From the NCBI GenBank assembly GCA_040954595.2, contig CM082577.2:9759846-9823845 (forward strand): a DNA stretch of 64,000 nt. The letters are read 5' to 3'. The notes under the pieces are model-generated. The model saw only the letters and a list, made by a program, of their open reading frames with translations. It searched no databases and had not been told where the DNA came from. The translations under genes were made by a program, and so were the position numbers. Positions 26,001 through 39,600 of this stretch are shown in pieces (positions within the stretch are counted from its first letter, which is position 1; the number at the start of each line of letters is the position of its first letter). This DNA is from Balanoglossus misakiensis. Taxonomy: Eukaryota; Animalia; Hemichordata.

Positions 26001-26903
26001 AAAACAAACAAAACCATGACAGTTTCTGCATTGAACAAACAGGATGAATCCCACAATGCAACAACAACTATTTACTCCTGTAAAAAAATACCCATTGCAT
26101 TGTGGGAGTTACAGTGTGATTTTGTCAGAGTGTGAGGTTGTTACATTGGGTACGTATGCTTTAATGAGAATATTCTGTTAGATTTGGTCACATTTTGTGT
26201 TATTTTTAATTTGCAAACTTTGATCAGCATTTTAGCATGGTTGTTTGTCTGGATGAAGAGGCTCTTTGAGTTACTTTGAGAAATGTCAATGTTAAAATTA
26301 CGTCAAAAATGGAGACTTTCAATCCTGGTTGGAATAGTCTTTCACTTCTTTCTGTAGCAACGAATTGGGATTTTAAATTAATAACAATTTTAGCATAATC
26401 ATAATCTTGTACTGAAACGATATTTTAACAGTGCTTTTGAACTAGGTGGTGAGACCAAGTCGAATTGTCAGGGTTTTCACATCACAAACTGCTTGTCTTT
26501 CAGTAATTTCGCGTGTAATGCTTCCATACAGATATTCGAATAATGATAGAAAATCATGAGACTGTTTGGTACTTTGTAAAGAGCGCCCTCAGCGGGCACT
26601 CGGTGCTTTATAACCCCAGTGATGTTGATGCTCTGGTCACACTCTTTTCAACTCCTTATGCAGATTTACATCACTTGTTTGAACACTCGGTGTGCTGTGA
26701 ATATTTCACACATTTATCACCCATGTTTTTTCGATGTAACGTCGTCCTTTCACCGAATTGGACTAAATCTGTGTGTGTAGAGTTATGTTGTTGGTGATCA
26801 CGTTTTGTAGTGGTCTTTTTTGAATGCATGCGTCTCCGTCCTTCACTAGTTTGTCACTAGTCTATTTGTGTATCATGACATATTTTGGATACATGTCACC
26901 TGA

Positions 26904-26909
26904 AATAAA
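26904..26909 (+). terminator. Candidate poly(A) signal of MMD
   Basis: First AATAAA I could find on + after the MMD stop; TGTGTTCTT GU-rich tract about 45 nt downstream. Confidence 0.4.
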
Positions 26910-27170
26910 GTCACCTCGAACATACAATACATACCACTGTATCTGTTGCGTTTGTGTTCTTGGGTACCATGCATTGACAATGCCGATAGATTCCTGCAGC
27001 TAATGTATTCTGCTTGTTAAAGCCCTGGGGGCTTGAACATATGTAAGATTTGGAGGGAAATAATGTAGAGGGGAGGGTGCTCTTGCTGACTACAACAAAA
27101 TGCAATCACACTTTCTTGAAATAGTCACTGGAATCAACAGTCATTCTATAGGGAAAAAATTGCTTCATAT

Positions 27171-27176
27171 TTTATT
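27171..27176 (-). terminator. Candidate poly(A) signal of RADIL
   Basis: TTTATT on + (AATAAA on -) about 800 nt past the RADIL stop. Confidence 0.4.
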
Positions 27177-27407
27177 TTATGTACAAGATTCATATTAAAG
27201 CATAACATAGCACTCCATACAGCAATTTACTCAATAAATAGTCAAAATATTCTTGGCATTCACATAAAAACTTAAGAAACTGATTCTTTTATAAAAAAAA
27301 AAAAAATCACAAACAAATGATGCGTTCATAGAATAAATAATACTGATCCAAAAGTTCAAAACATATTTCGACTGCCATGAAAGTACTTGTGAAAAATACA
27401 CATTAAT

Positions 27408-27453
27408 GGCGCCCTCTATGTCACATAAACATTCCAACAGCGCCACCTAGAGG
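27408..27453 (-). promoter_or_regulatory. Tandem CTCF-like motifs between convergent genes
   Basis: CCTCTAGGTGGCGCTG (27453-27438) and GACATAGAGGGCGCC (27422-27408) on the - strand. Confidence 0.5.
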
Positions 27454-27975
27454 TGCAGACTCTGTAATGATCGAGACAGCCAATACAAGTATGATAAACT
27501 TACTGGTAGTTAAAGTCACCAGACATAATACATACTGCTATCCAAATCTCTTGATCTGATAAAAATTCCGAATATCAGATAAAATTTTGTAAATATCTCC
27601 ATCAATTGAGAAATAGTGATTTTTGAACAATTAAAACCAACTGAACAGTTTAAAAATATAAATATATATATATATTTACATATATGCACAATATACTCTT
27701 CACTTGACAGAGTATCAGAAATAACAATGCTGACATAATTTGAATTAAGCAAGGCCCGTTTAGGATTTTTTAAGTAGTTTTTTCAGTTCTCCAAAACTGA
27801 AATTCACAATCATACATTTGTACATTTAAAATACAGCTGATTGTCTGTATTTGCTTTTTCAGTCCAGCACAGACATTTTCTTCCACATGGAAATACTGTT
27901 CTTCAGAGAATACAGTGCACTAGCATGCTAATGTCTACAACAAGACACATCTCCGAGTTCCTGCAACATGTAAGG

Positions 27976-28075
27976 CTAGCACGATGATGCTGTGATCTTC
28001 ATCGCCATGGAAATGTCAGATTTGGCAACCAAAAACCTCAATCTGGGTCCTGCGTTTCGAATCAACTGCATCGCG
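27976..28075 (-). CDS. RADIL: RADIL exon 13 (terminal)
   Basis: [32 protein letters not shown]. Confidence 0.92.
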
Positions 28076-31000
28076 CTGAAAGATAAAAATTGAGAAGTTG
28101 AACCAAATGAATTAAACCTCTCCCTCAGACTGGATGAGCAACCCCTATAGTCTATATATTTTGGAAATGATATTGGAAAAATAGGACACACTTTTTACAG
28201 TTTTACACTGGCACTTGATGAATCTGGTGTGACTCACCTTTGATAATCAGCACCAACCAGACTTGTACCATTGACAGCCAATATCCTGTCTCCTAACCTC
28301 AGCCTTCCATCTCGGGCTGCAGCACCCTTTGGAAGCAGAGTCCGTACATAGATACCAGCTGACCTCAGTGGAGTATACTATTGACAAAAAATCAAACGTT
28401 ATATTCTCTATCTTTTCTTTCAGAATGCTGTCTCCATTGATATATTTGTGAGAATGTGTTTCAAATATGACAAAAATGCCACTGAAAATTTCCAGTGGTG
28501 GATATAAATTTTACACGCTAATGGTTCACTTTTACATGTGCATCTTAGAATTCGGAGTATTGTATCATCACTTTGGTGGGGAAATGTTTTAAAAGCATTG
28601 TACATTTGTTTCTGGACATTTTCGATCGAGAACTGGTTCACAAAACTAGTGCATTCAAAACATATACGCTTGAAAATAAATTTCAGTTCTGACAATATAT
28701 TAATGAAAAAAAATCATGGGCAACAAAATCAAGTGGAATCATGCAGAGAGAGAGAAAAAAAGCAATAAAATCTCACCAGTCCATCAATAAGACCTAAACC
28801 AATTCCATTGTCTTCTTTGACGAGATCCACCACGAAGACATCATCCTGACCATCACTGCCGTCTCTCAAACCTTCCGCATTCTCTATACACAGCTGCTTC
28901 TGCGCCTCAGGCATGGTGTTACGATGCAGCAACATGTCCATCTCCGACTCAGACACTCCTGTTAGAAACAGAGAAGAAACTAGAAGATAGAAAAGTGTGG
29001 TTCTTTTAAACAAGGTGATCGTGTGACTGAGGTTACCTAGGAAAGTGCTTAATCACTTTCTGTACATAGAATGGTAAATTGTTATTCCATAAAACACCTA
29101 GGGTGTAGCTAAGCGTTGGTAGCTGGCGATAATGACTAGCTATTTCATGTTTTTTTTATCTTACTCTCTACTTTTCCCAATACAAATACCTCCTCCCCAC
29201 GCAAGACCAAAATTTTACCCCCACAATCAATTCCACTGTCTATATTTCAAAAGTTTTGCCATCTACTTCAACTTAGCTTCACCCAAGTCATATACACATC
29301 ACAATATCATGTCCTCAACACACATTATATAAAATATTTTACAAAAATAAACATTATAGTTAATATGTCACAGTATGTGCTTGTATGTTCAGTGCAATAC
29401 TTGCCTCTACAAACCTGAAGCTGTAAAAATAAAAATTAACTAATTCACATATAAAACACTATTATATCTTTGTTTTAATCTGACAGTGGTGTTACTTGGT
29501 ACTTTGATAAAATTGCTCAGATTCAGAATGCTGTTAAATACCCATGCGACCAGGTGCAAGTACAATTACTCATCTCAAAATAAATTCATGGAAAAACAAG
29601 ACAATCTAGGACAAAACAAAAAACATAAACAAACAAAACATACAAGTACATAAATAAGTACATTTCTGACAACACTGAAACAAACTCTTCGAGACAAAAA
29701 TCAAGACATACAACTACTACATTGTACTTAAGAATTAATATCACAATACTGAATTTGGCTCAAATACAAAATTTGGCTTCAGTCGGGAAATTTTGAAATT
29801 TCACTTCACCACTCTCAACGAAAAATCAACATTTCAACACAAAATGTGAGAACAGAAAATTAACACACAGCAGCTTTAAAACAACTATATATGTCACACA
29901 GAGATGTAGAAAAGTATTTTCATCACCAGCAAAGAAAAGGCATTGGTAGCTTTAGTTGTCTGTGGAATATCGGATACACAGCTGTCACTTTTTGCATATA
30001 GGGTTTTTTAGCCAGTGGTTGGTATAAATTTCTACATCCCTGTCACAAAATATCCAAAATAAATCTACATTATGCTAATAAAAATACAGAACGATCAAAC
30101 ACTAAAACCAGTTATTAACAGTCTGAATTACAGAATTAACGGCAAATCATTACACACGGCACAGCAGGGAGGGTTGTACGTACACGGCCTACACTTACCA
30201 TTGTCAAGGTCATTACTACGATCTTCGGTTGCTCCGTCCTTGTCCTCAAGCCGTATCGGCTGCACGTAATCTAAATCGTTATCCAAATTATATTGCACTG
30301 TCTTAGTCTTGGCTTTGACTTGGCTGGCGGCGGCGGTGGTGACGGGTGGCGGAGGGGGTGACTGTGAGGGGAGGGAGGAGGTGCTGCCGCTCAGGTCTCG
30401 GAGTTTCTGACCCTGCACTAAGGCGAGGGGTTTGTTGGGTGAAGAGGAGGAGGAGGGTGCTGGGGTGGTGGGGGAGCGGTAGTGCTGCGGTTTCTGCTGC
30501 TGCTGCAGTAGGTGTTGTTGCTGCTGCAGCTGCTGTTGGCGCTGCTGCTCGCGTTGGATCTGCTGCTGCTGCTTCAGGATCTTCTGCTGCAGTTGCTGCT
30601 GCGGCGTCGACTTGTGCTGCGACGAGCGGCCCGACAGTATGGGGATGGGCTTGTCTCGGTTGGGCGGCGTGATGGCCAGGATGGGGATGCTGCCCGGCTG
30701 GTAGTGGTGCTTGTCGTCGATGCTGTGGTCGATGGTGATCTCGCCCTCGCCCGAGGCCTTACGCTGGATCGTCTCCTGCGAGCCCTGCAGCCGGCTCCGC
30801 TGCAGCTGGTCGAGCGAGCCGCTCCTCAGGATGCTCTTCTGTATCTGCTCCAGGGAGCCGGTTCTGCTCCGCTGCAGTTGCTCCAACGACCCCGTCCGGG
30901 TTCTCTGCAGCTGCTCCAGAGAGGCCGCTCTCCTCTGCGGCAAGCTGACGTTATTCGCGCCCGCGTCCTTGATCTCGCGTTCTTGGTTGTCGTGGGAACC

Positions 31001-34000
31001 ACCGCCGCCGTTGCCCGCGTCCGTCTCCTCCGCGTTCTCCTCCTCTTCCGGTTCGTACGGCTCGTCGTAGTCGTGGTGCACCCTCAGGATGTGCACCGTG
31101 TTGGCCGAGTTGTCGAAGCGCACCGAGTTCTGGCTGCCGCCGCCGGCCGCCGCAATCGCCTGCTGCTGCTGCTGGACGCTGACGGTGCCGTCCGGGTGGT
31201 AGACGTACACCTGCTCTTTCCCCGTGAAGCTGACGTGCATGTTGTTCAGCCGCTTGACCTCGTAGAGTCCGTCCTCCTGCTTCCAGGACACCTCGTAGCG
31301 GAACTCCTCGTTGCCCGGGCCGTTCCCTCCGGCGGGGGCGTGGCTGCCGTGGTAAGTCTTGTGCTGCGGCACTGGAGGGCGGTGCTGCTGGCTGGCGAGA
31401 GCCGCGCCCCCGCCGTTGCCGTGGACACCCGACTTGGCAAGATGGCTGCCGTACGGCGGCGGAGGCGGGTAGTGGTTGCCGTGCTTGCTGTTGCCGGGTG
31501 GCGAGTACTGGTTGTAAGTGTGGCTGTTGCTATGGTGATGGTGTTGGAAGTGCGTTTGCCCCTGAGGATAGCTGCTGTTGTGTGGGGAGTGAAACTGTTG
31601 GTGGTGGTGGTGGTGTGTGGGGAGAGTACTGGTACTGCTACTTCTAATCCTGTGGGAGGAAGCCATCTCCTCATAATTACCTTTTGACAGGGCCGCCTGC
31701 CGGTGGATGTCCTCGTACGACCGGGACCCTCGGTTGCCGGGGGAGACGCCGTTGTGCCCCACGCCCATCTTCTGTGCTCTCAGCGCGTCGTTCTCGGCCA
31801 GCTCTTTCCTAACCAGGCTGGCCATCAGTTTGTCGGCCGACTCCTGGGGCTCAGTAGCCAAGAACATTCCTGTAAAAATCGAATATCTACTTTAAGGATG
31901 TATATTCATCAAAGTTGAAAGTATTGTCATTTCTAATAATTGTTGATTTTTGGATTATCCTGTGTATGTATAATGAAAATCTGTGATAAAATATAGGGGT
32001 ATCGCGCTTGTTTTGAAGAGCCATGAATTTAGTCAATAATTGAAGAAAACTGCTGACTCAGCATTTTCCACCAATGGTTTGTCTATGGGCAAATATTTTA
32101 ACGAAAGTTATCTCAAGAGGAAATATATTAAATAATCTGGCATTGAAGAAGTGTCCTCTTTATTTTTTCAGGGAAGAGACTGCATTTGTTTGTACTCACC
32201 AGTGTAGATTGTGATGTTTTGGAAAGTATCAGCCAGGGCCTGAAGATGATCATAGAATGTGTCGTCATCCATTGGCTTGTCTAAATCCATTATGAAGTCA
32301 CTGTTTGGGAGCACCAATGGTGGGTGGTTGTTGAAACTCTCCAAGATGTCAGCTGAGAAGAAAAGACAGAACAATTAGTTCAATAAACACATACTGGTAC
32401 AAGGATTTTTCAGAAATGTATTATACTTTCACAGATAAAAATGACTTTATTATCTATAACCTCCTGTACCACTGTTTCTTGGCACATAGATTCCACTACA
32501 CAATTAGGAACAAGGTCGGAAAAATTTTAGTGCTGGAAGTGTTTCCCAATCCCTGTACATTTGCCGCCTATTACCAGGCATTTGATGATGTGGCCTTTAG
32601 AGGGCGTATATTGCGACCCCTGTGGCCAATCTTCCCATAGGATGCGGTCAGCACTCTGAAGAAGTGTGATGCAGGGTTCTAATTGGCTTGGACTTTTCCT
32701 AGTTCTCGCCAAGAATCAGTCTTACTTTCACTCAGACAACATTCAAACTTTCTCTGCCAAAAAAGGGTTGGTTTTTCTTTTGAGTCGAGGTAATTAAAAC
32801 AATGCTCTCACATCTGATTTCTCTCACAAAGACAGTGAATTGACTTCACTGGCAACTTGGCCAATGTCATCAAATCTTAACCTGTTCTCCACTGCAATTT
32901 GGGCCAATCTCATTGTCTTCAGTGGAACGGTTGCATCCACGTAGAACGAAACGGGTGAGACAGCATTGAGACCAAGGCCATTTGATCACTTACGCAACAA
33001 ATAGTCACAGGTAATTGCAGCACTAAACACCTCAATGGACGATACACTTGTACTGTTGCATAACAGAACAACAGTGAAATGTTTCAATGCTGTTACAACA
33101 TGGAAAGCACAAAGCTCTCTGACTTCAGCTCACTTTCAATTAGCAATAAAACACGCTGTGGTGGACCGATCAAAGGTTAAATACTGGAGGGAATTTTTAA
33201 AAGTGACAGGAAGGGGTATGACATTGGAAATTCACTATGGGAATTAATAAACTGTGATGTATCCTGGATGTGCATCTAGTTCTGGATAGAGTCTAGTCAT
33301 AAGTCTTGTAACAATTTCTGATTTCTAAGCAATGTGCTAAATAAAGTCACTCAGTCACTCTGACAGTTAACTGACAACATTCTGCAATCTCTTCAATGTT
33401 TGCATTTACACAGAAGTAAATGTCTCCAGCTCGCACAAGAAAGTTGACAGACCAATTCTCCCTCACACGAAAAGAGCACATAGCTTTAAACACCAAACTG
33501 CAAATGAGTTTCTGTCACTGACAGTTGTGGAAATATTTACAGCCTTATTTACCAAGTTGCTGAACTATCTGACAAAAAATATGATGGGCAGGGAGGACTT
33601 TCTAACTTACCAGTTCTGAGAGCCGGTTCCACCTGGTCTGGCGACGGGAACCACCCCCTGGGTCTGGTTTTATTGCTACCAAGTTGATATTCGCTCAATA
33701 TCTGTTGAACCTGAGCTGCATTTAGTGACGGGAAGTCTTTCCGTATTGCATTCCATTCCATCTGGAAATGGGAAAATCAAGAATTAATTTTTTATTACAG
33801 AGCTGACATTTAGTTTGAGATATCAAAACATGATCAGCAATAATTATAAGTATTTTAAACATTGAAGAATTAACAGAGTTAAATTTGCAGTCGTGAAAGG
33901 GTGTCAAAGTGCAGAGAATATGTCATTGCAAAACTGAGACGAGTATGCATTTCTGAATGAAATCCTATTTAAAGATAATATTTATAGTCAAAACAAAATG

Positions 34001-35970
34001 TGACTGTTTCTATTAACCACTGTGTATCTCATGGATTTCATTGACAATCTACAATATTCCAGTGATGGTGCACCTTTAAACTTACATTGAGGAGTTGTAC
34101 TTTGGGTGTGGCCAGAAGATCGGCTGCAGAGGACAGAGTGCGTAGAAAGGTTGACGCTTCCTGCATCAGTTCGTGTTCCTGCGCCCACGCCTCGATCTGG
34201 TCCAGGTTTCCTCTGATCTGAGCACCTTTGGACCACTTGTAGAACTTACCACCTGCACCTGAAATAAAATTATCCAAAGAATAAAATTTTAATTACCATT
34301 TGTAATGATTATCCAAAAACTCTCTTGTTGACTGCACCAAACATGGTCACATTGCTAAATATTTTGATAAGATTTGTTTTTCCCATAGTAGAAAATGGTG
34401 ACCAAATGCTGACTCAGCAGTTTTTCTCAATATTGGCTAATTTCATCAACTGTCATGGTGACCCCTATTTTTTGACAGAGAACCAAATAATCCACAATTA
34501 ATTAAACAAGATGACAATACTTTCAATTTTTACCAATTGTACATTCTTAACAACCCAAACTATGGTTATGGCTTCCAGACAAAACACCACAAAATGAAAC
34601 TTTACATGAAATGATATTAACTGCTGCTGCCCACTGATAAGAAATAAATGGATTCAAAAAATATTCCATAGCAAATTCAACAGGGATGTCTTTCCCCCCA
34701 GGATATCTGAATTTTGCTTGTTGGAAGCTGAGCTCACATAGTTTCTCAGAACGCTCTCCATACCTCTCTCCATCAGCATATTGAACAGCGATGCATTGGT
34801 GAAGAACAGCAGATACGCAAACAACTGGCGGATGATTTGCGGATGGACGTGCAAATTATGCACCAGGTCAAAGGTCGACTGGAAGATGGAGATGACGCTT
34901 TCCACTCCGTGCGTTTTGTTGTTGTCTTTGGTGTCCTCTTCGTCCGTGAACGGGTTGCTGTCTAGAACTGCTGGCAAGGCGATGTACAGTGTCTGAAATC
35001 AGAGAGTGGCGAATGGTTAATGGTTGAAATATCTTGAAGAATTTAGACAGCTACAAAACCATAGGGAGATTTCAAGACGATAATGCCTGATTTGGTGCAT
35101 TTAGGTTCAACCAAACACTGATGTCAGAACTAAGCCAACTGTTCATTTACTGTGGATAAGATTTTTGCATGTGATAGAGTGTGCGAAGAGTCTTTTTGAA
35201 AACATATAAGAAAATGGGTGTTCACTGTCTTGTTTTCATAAAAAATCATTACTTTAAATTTTCTCCATAGAGTTATTAACACAGAGATTGGCCGCCATTT
35301 TGAATTTCAATTCAAGACAAATTAGCTTGCTCATTCAAAACTTTGCACATTGATCCTAATTTTCATTCTCTTTGCCTCAAGCAAAATATGACAAAGAATT
35401 TAAGAATGATTTTGAGGTGCATTTAACCTTACACCACAATTCAAAGCACTGTTAATTCTACAGAAAAAGGCAAAAGTTGAATTTTCCTCAACACATCTTA
35501 AAATAGTGTGTTTTCCCCACCCATTTGAAGAATGGCGCCAAACCACTCTTGGCAAAATGCCTTCCACTCTGACCAGATTCCGATTCTTACGCCTGTGACT
35601 GCATGCCGGGGCACAAAGGCCGCGCCAAGTACCCGCAATTCAGCAACACAAAAAACTCACACAGCGCAGCTACAACTTAATCGCCACACACAACAACAAA
35701 AAAACTTCCAAAATCCCTGAATTACAAACTCCTTAAACAAAATCAGGGTTAAAGAGCGTTGAATTGGCCTATCTATGGAAGAACAACCGTCAGAATAAAG
35801 TAGAACTTTAAAAAAGTAAAGTGAACAATTGAGTCTGACAATCCCCTGTCTTCTATAGACTCCATTGTTCTGTTTGTTTGTTGCAAGCCAGTTATCAAAA
35901 GTATCAATGCGGTTCCTGTAGTGAAGAGTTATAGCACAGGGAACTTAGTAATTTTGTTATTGTTGTTGTT

Positions 35971-36003
<33 letters not shown>

Positions 36004-36575
36004 AAGATTGGTAATACAATTAAAAATAAAATCAATGTGTCATTTCTTGCTATGTTTGTCGATGTTGTAGATAACTGTAAAAAAAACCCAACCATAATCG
36101 TGGAAAACACGACCTAGGTCGCCGAATGTCACTACCGTCTTACATACAGATTGGTCAATTTAAATAGGCAGAGAAAACGGAGCCATCACCATCGGGCGCG
36201 TCATTCAAATGTGATTGAATTTGACTGGGTACGACTTGGAAATCGCCGTTTTTCCACTCGTTTGCAGGTCGATAGATGAAGTGAAGCCCAAATTAGGTCA
36301 GTGAGATAAATTTCAATGCCTATGGTGGCATAATTTAATCGCTCGCTGGTGAATGGGGTGATTTTTCAGGGCCTTGAAGGTGGCCCATGAGCCTAGATCC
36401 AGGGCATGTGGATTCCACCCTTGCCTGTATGTAAGACGGTAGTGACATTCGGCGACCTACATGTAGGTCGTGTTTTCCACGATTATGGTTGGGTTTTTTT
36501 TACAGTTAACTACAACATCGACAAACATATCAAGAAATGACACATTGATTTTTTTTTAATTTTATTACCAATCTT

Positions 36576-36611
<36 letters not shown>

Positions 36612-39600
36612 AACAACAACAATAACAAAATTACTAAGTTCCCTGTGGTTATAGCTCCCCACAAGGCTTGCTAGTTGAAAGGATTTTAATTGATTTGTTC
36701 CCAAACTCCAAGTTCCGCGCATACGTACAGTACGTGCAGGCTTTATGTTTAAAATATGCGACCATAAGCACACGCATTATGTTTTCAATACAACTGGTAT
36801 TTCTTCAAGAAATTCCGTACATTGTTGCTTGAGGCACGGTATTGACTTACAAAATAAACCGGTAATTCTTGGCCGTGGAATTTTTGTTTTCTCTTGCATT
36901 TTCAGAGAATGCAATGTGAGTGAATATAATTCACCTCTGTGGTTTTGGTACAGCGGAGATGACATGTAGAAACAAGTCATTGTCAATGACACAGTCCACA
37001 CTGGAAGAAGACTCTGAAAACAGGGCACAAACCCATTCACATGAAATTTTCCAGCAATGATTTGGCTCGGGACTACATTGTTATTGACAGGGCACTCCAA
37101 CTCAGTTTCGTACCTGAAGGCTACACTGTCCGACAGACAGTCTGCACACAAAAAATTCTTCGAGTCAACAATTCAAATAATTTAAAACCAATATTTTCTG
37201 ACAGAATCGGGGTAATTGGGTCAAATTAATCTTAACAGTGGAGACACGAAGTCTGCTATTAAAGATGACAGAATGGACTCTCTGTTGTCCTGAGGACATA
37301 GGGGGAAATAACAATCCAAGTCAAAGATGTGACGTAATTGTGTTTTTCTGTTTCAGAATGCAGTTGACTTAACTTTTGTAAGGCACATCAATGCTGCTTA
37401 CTGAAGCCTTTCAACTTCCAGGAATCACTTGATATAAACTGACATCTGGCTATGATTTCAAGATGTTATGACTTTAAATATCCACAATCTGGTAAATTTA
37501 AACTAATGGTAGAAGTCTTGCACCCTCTACAGAAACGAAGATTTGACTTAAGGTTCTGCACTTGTTACAATTCACTACCATGAATTGGCTGCAGATTTCA
37601 CTAAAAATTCTGAGCAATTATTTTGTGTGTGTGTCTAATTTCGCATGGATACAGACTGTAGAATCAACTTCTAATATGACACTGTTTTAACCCTTTCACC
37701 ACCATGGTTCAGTCCAAACCCATTGTTTTCTATGGTAAGTTTGGACCTCTAGAGAGGGAACTGGGGGTGAAGGGGTTAAGTCTTGCAATCACACACAGAC
37801 TGGGTTAATGTTCATGCAATCGTTTTGTAACGTAAACTGGTATATATAGGAAACAGTTTCAATGTGTACTACCTGTAGTCAAACTTTTGTCTGATATTTA
37901 GGTGACATATGTTGTATTGGTTGGTTTTTGTTCAGACCAGAAAGTTGAGCCAAACAATTAAAACCAACATATGTTGTCCTTCAAAATCAACAGGTGGTTA
38001 TCCACTTGTCAAGCAATAGTGTCTTTATAATCACTCCACTAATCTCTCCAGCTTTCTTGTTTTTATGCTAATCTCTGGCTTGTCAAACACAAATACTGGT
38101 GACACAAATGAGTGTCTATACACAAAGTCTTTATAATAAGAAAGTGTCATTTCTGGGACAATTAAGGGGGGGGGGGGGAGTGTGCTTCATATTTGCATGT
38201 TAACTTTCACTGGAGATTTACGCCACAGTTTATGGAAATTTCTACCAGAGAAATACTGAGTTTGGACAACATGTCTAGATACAGCTCTCATGCATCCAAT
38301 GTGAGAAAGTGATAAAAAAATTTAATAATAATAATTATATGAAAGGCTATGTTTTTCAATGATTTCCAAAACTGATGACCGTTTGTCCATTAATAATACA
38401 ATATAACCGAAGTGAGTATGATCGTAAATGGCGGTTCATTTTTATTCCACACAAAGTTTCAAGCCTATACTCAATGCACCGTGCAATTCCCTGGCCCCAG
38501 GCAGAACTGACTGCCTTCTGCAGGTGGTTTTGCAAGGGTCACTGATCTCATTGCTGAAAAGGTCCTCGGATGACAGACCGCAGAATCAATTCCTTTTCAT
38601 CTCGCTCTCAAAACAAGGAGGAAAATGCGGTGATTTTGCGGGGTCTGTGAAATTTCTACACAAGTGATAAACATGACATGCATGAACAGTGGTATGTCGG
38701 ACTGTGTTCCTCTGTTGACCTCAGCGTGTCGAGGGCTTCACTTTTGACATCAGATGTGTCTATCAAGTTTGTTCGTATATGCTGTGTTGTTGTGACACAC
38801 TTTGAATGGACAGATTAGGCTTAACATGTATGATTGACAGAAAATTTGCAGATTTGTAGTCGTTGTCGTCGACATCATCATCATCATCATCATCACTACT
38901 GTCAACCACATGCATGTTGTGCTAGCTGCTACACATACATTTCTAACACCAGGTGTTATAACTTGCTTTTGGGACAAGAGTAGCAAAAACAACAAAATTC
39001 ACACTACTAACAAAATTTATGGCTGTGTTAGGTTTTACTTTCTCTCAAGATGAATGCTGAGAAACGAAAGTCGGAAAACTTTGCAAAAAGCCATCTGTCA
39101 GTTCCATAAGGGTGATCTATTCAATGGACTCTGTTGTCTTCACACAGGTGTTAAGCTTTCCATCGTGCTCAATTCACGAGGATAATTATGTATTCACGGC
39201 AAAAATAAACACAATGTCAAGAAAAGTTAGGAATTTGACACTGGCGAAATTTATAACTGAGAGCTAAACATGTTCAGAACCGGCTGAATTATTAGAGAAA
39301 AATCTACCACAGACAGACATTGTCAAATAAATAATGTCGTATTACTCCATTCTATGATAACAGAATCTATGTCAGAACATGAGAAAGAGTCTTGAGACAA
39401 TTACTGTTTTGGATTTGACGATTTTGGAAAAAAAAAAAAAACTGGGTCAGACGGTTGAGCTAAACACTGTGACTATTGTGTGCCTGGCTTTGACAAATGG
39501 CAGACCTCTGCGACGGGGAACATGATCGGAGACCAAAGAGATAAATTGGAATTCTGTCTCCTATTCTTGTTGCGATCTACTCTGCTCCTTACATTTTTTT

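Noticed and set aside
30512-31687. 391-aa Leu/Val-rich + strand ORF
   Set aside because: Antisense mirror of the poly-Gln/His codons in RADIL exon 10.
32877-32970. Possible third, decayed copy of the piggyBac-like MITE
   Set aside because: Similarity is too weak to support by eye.
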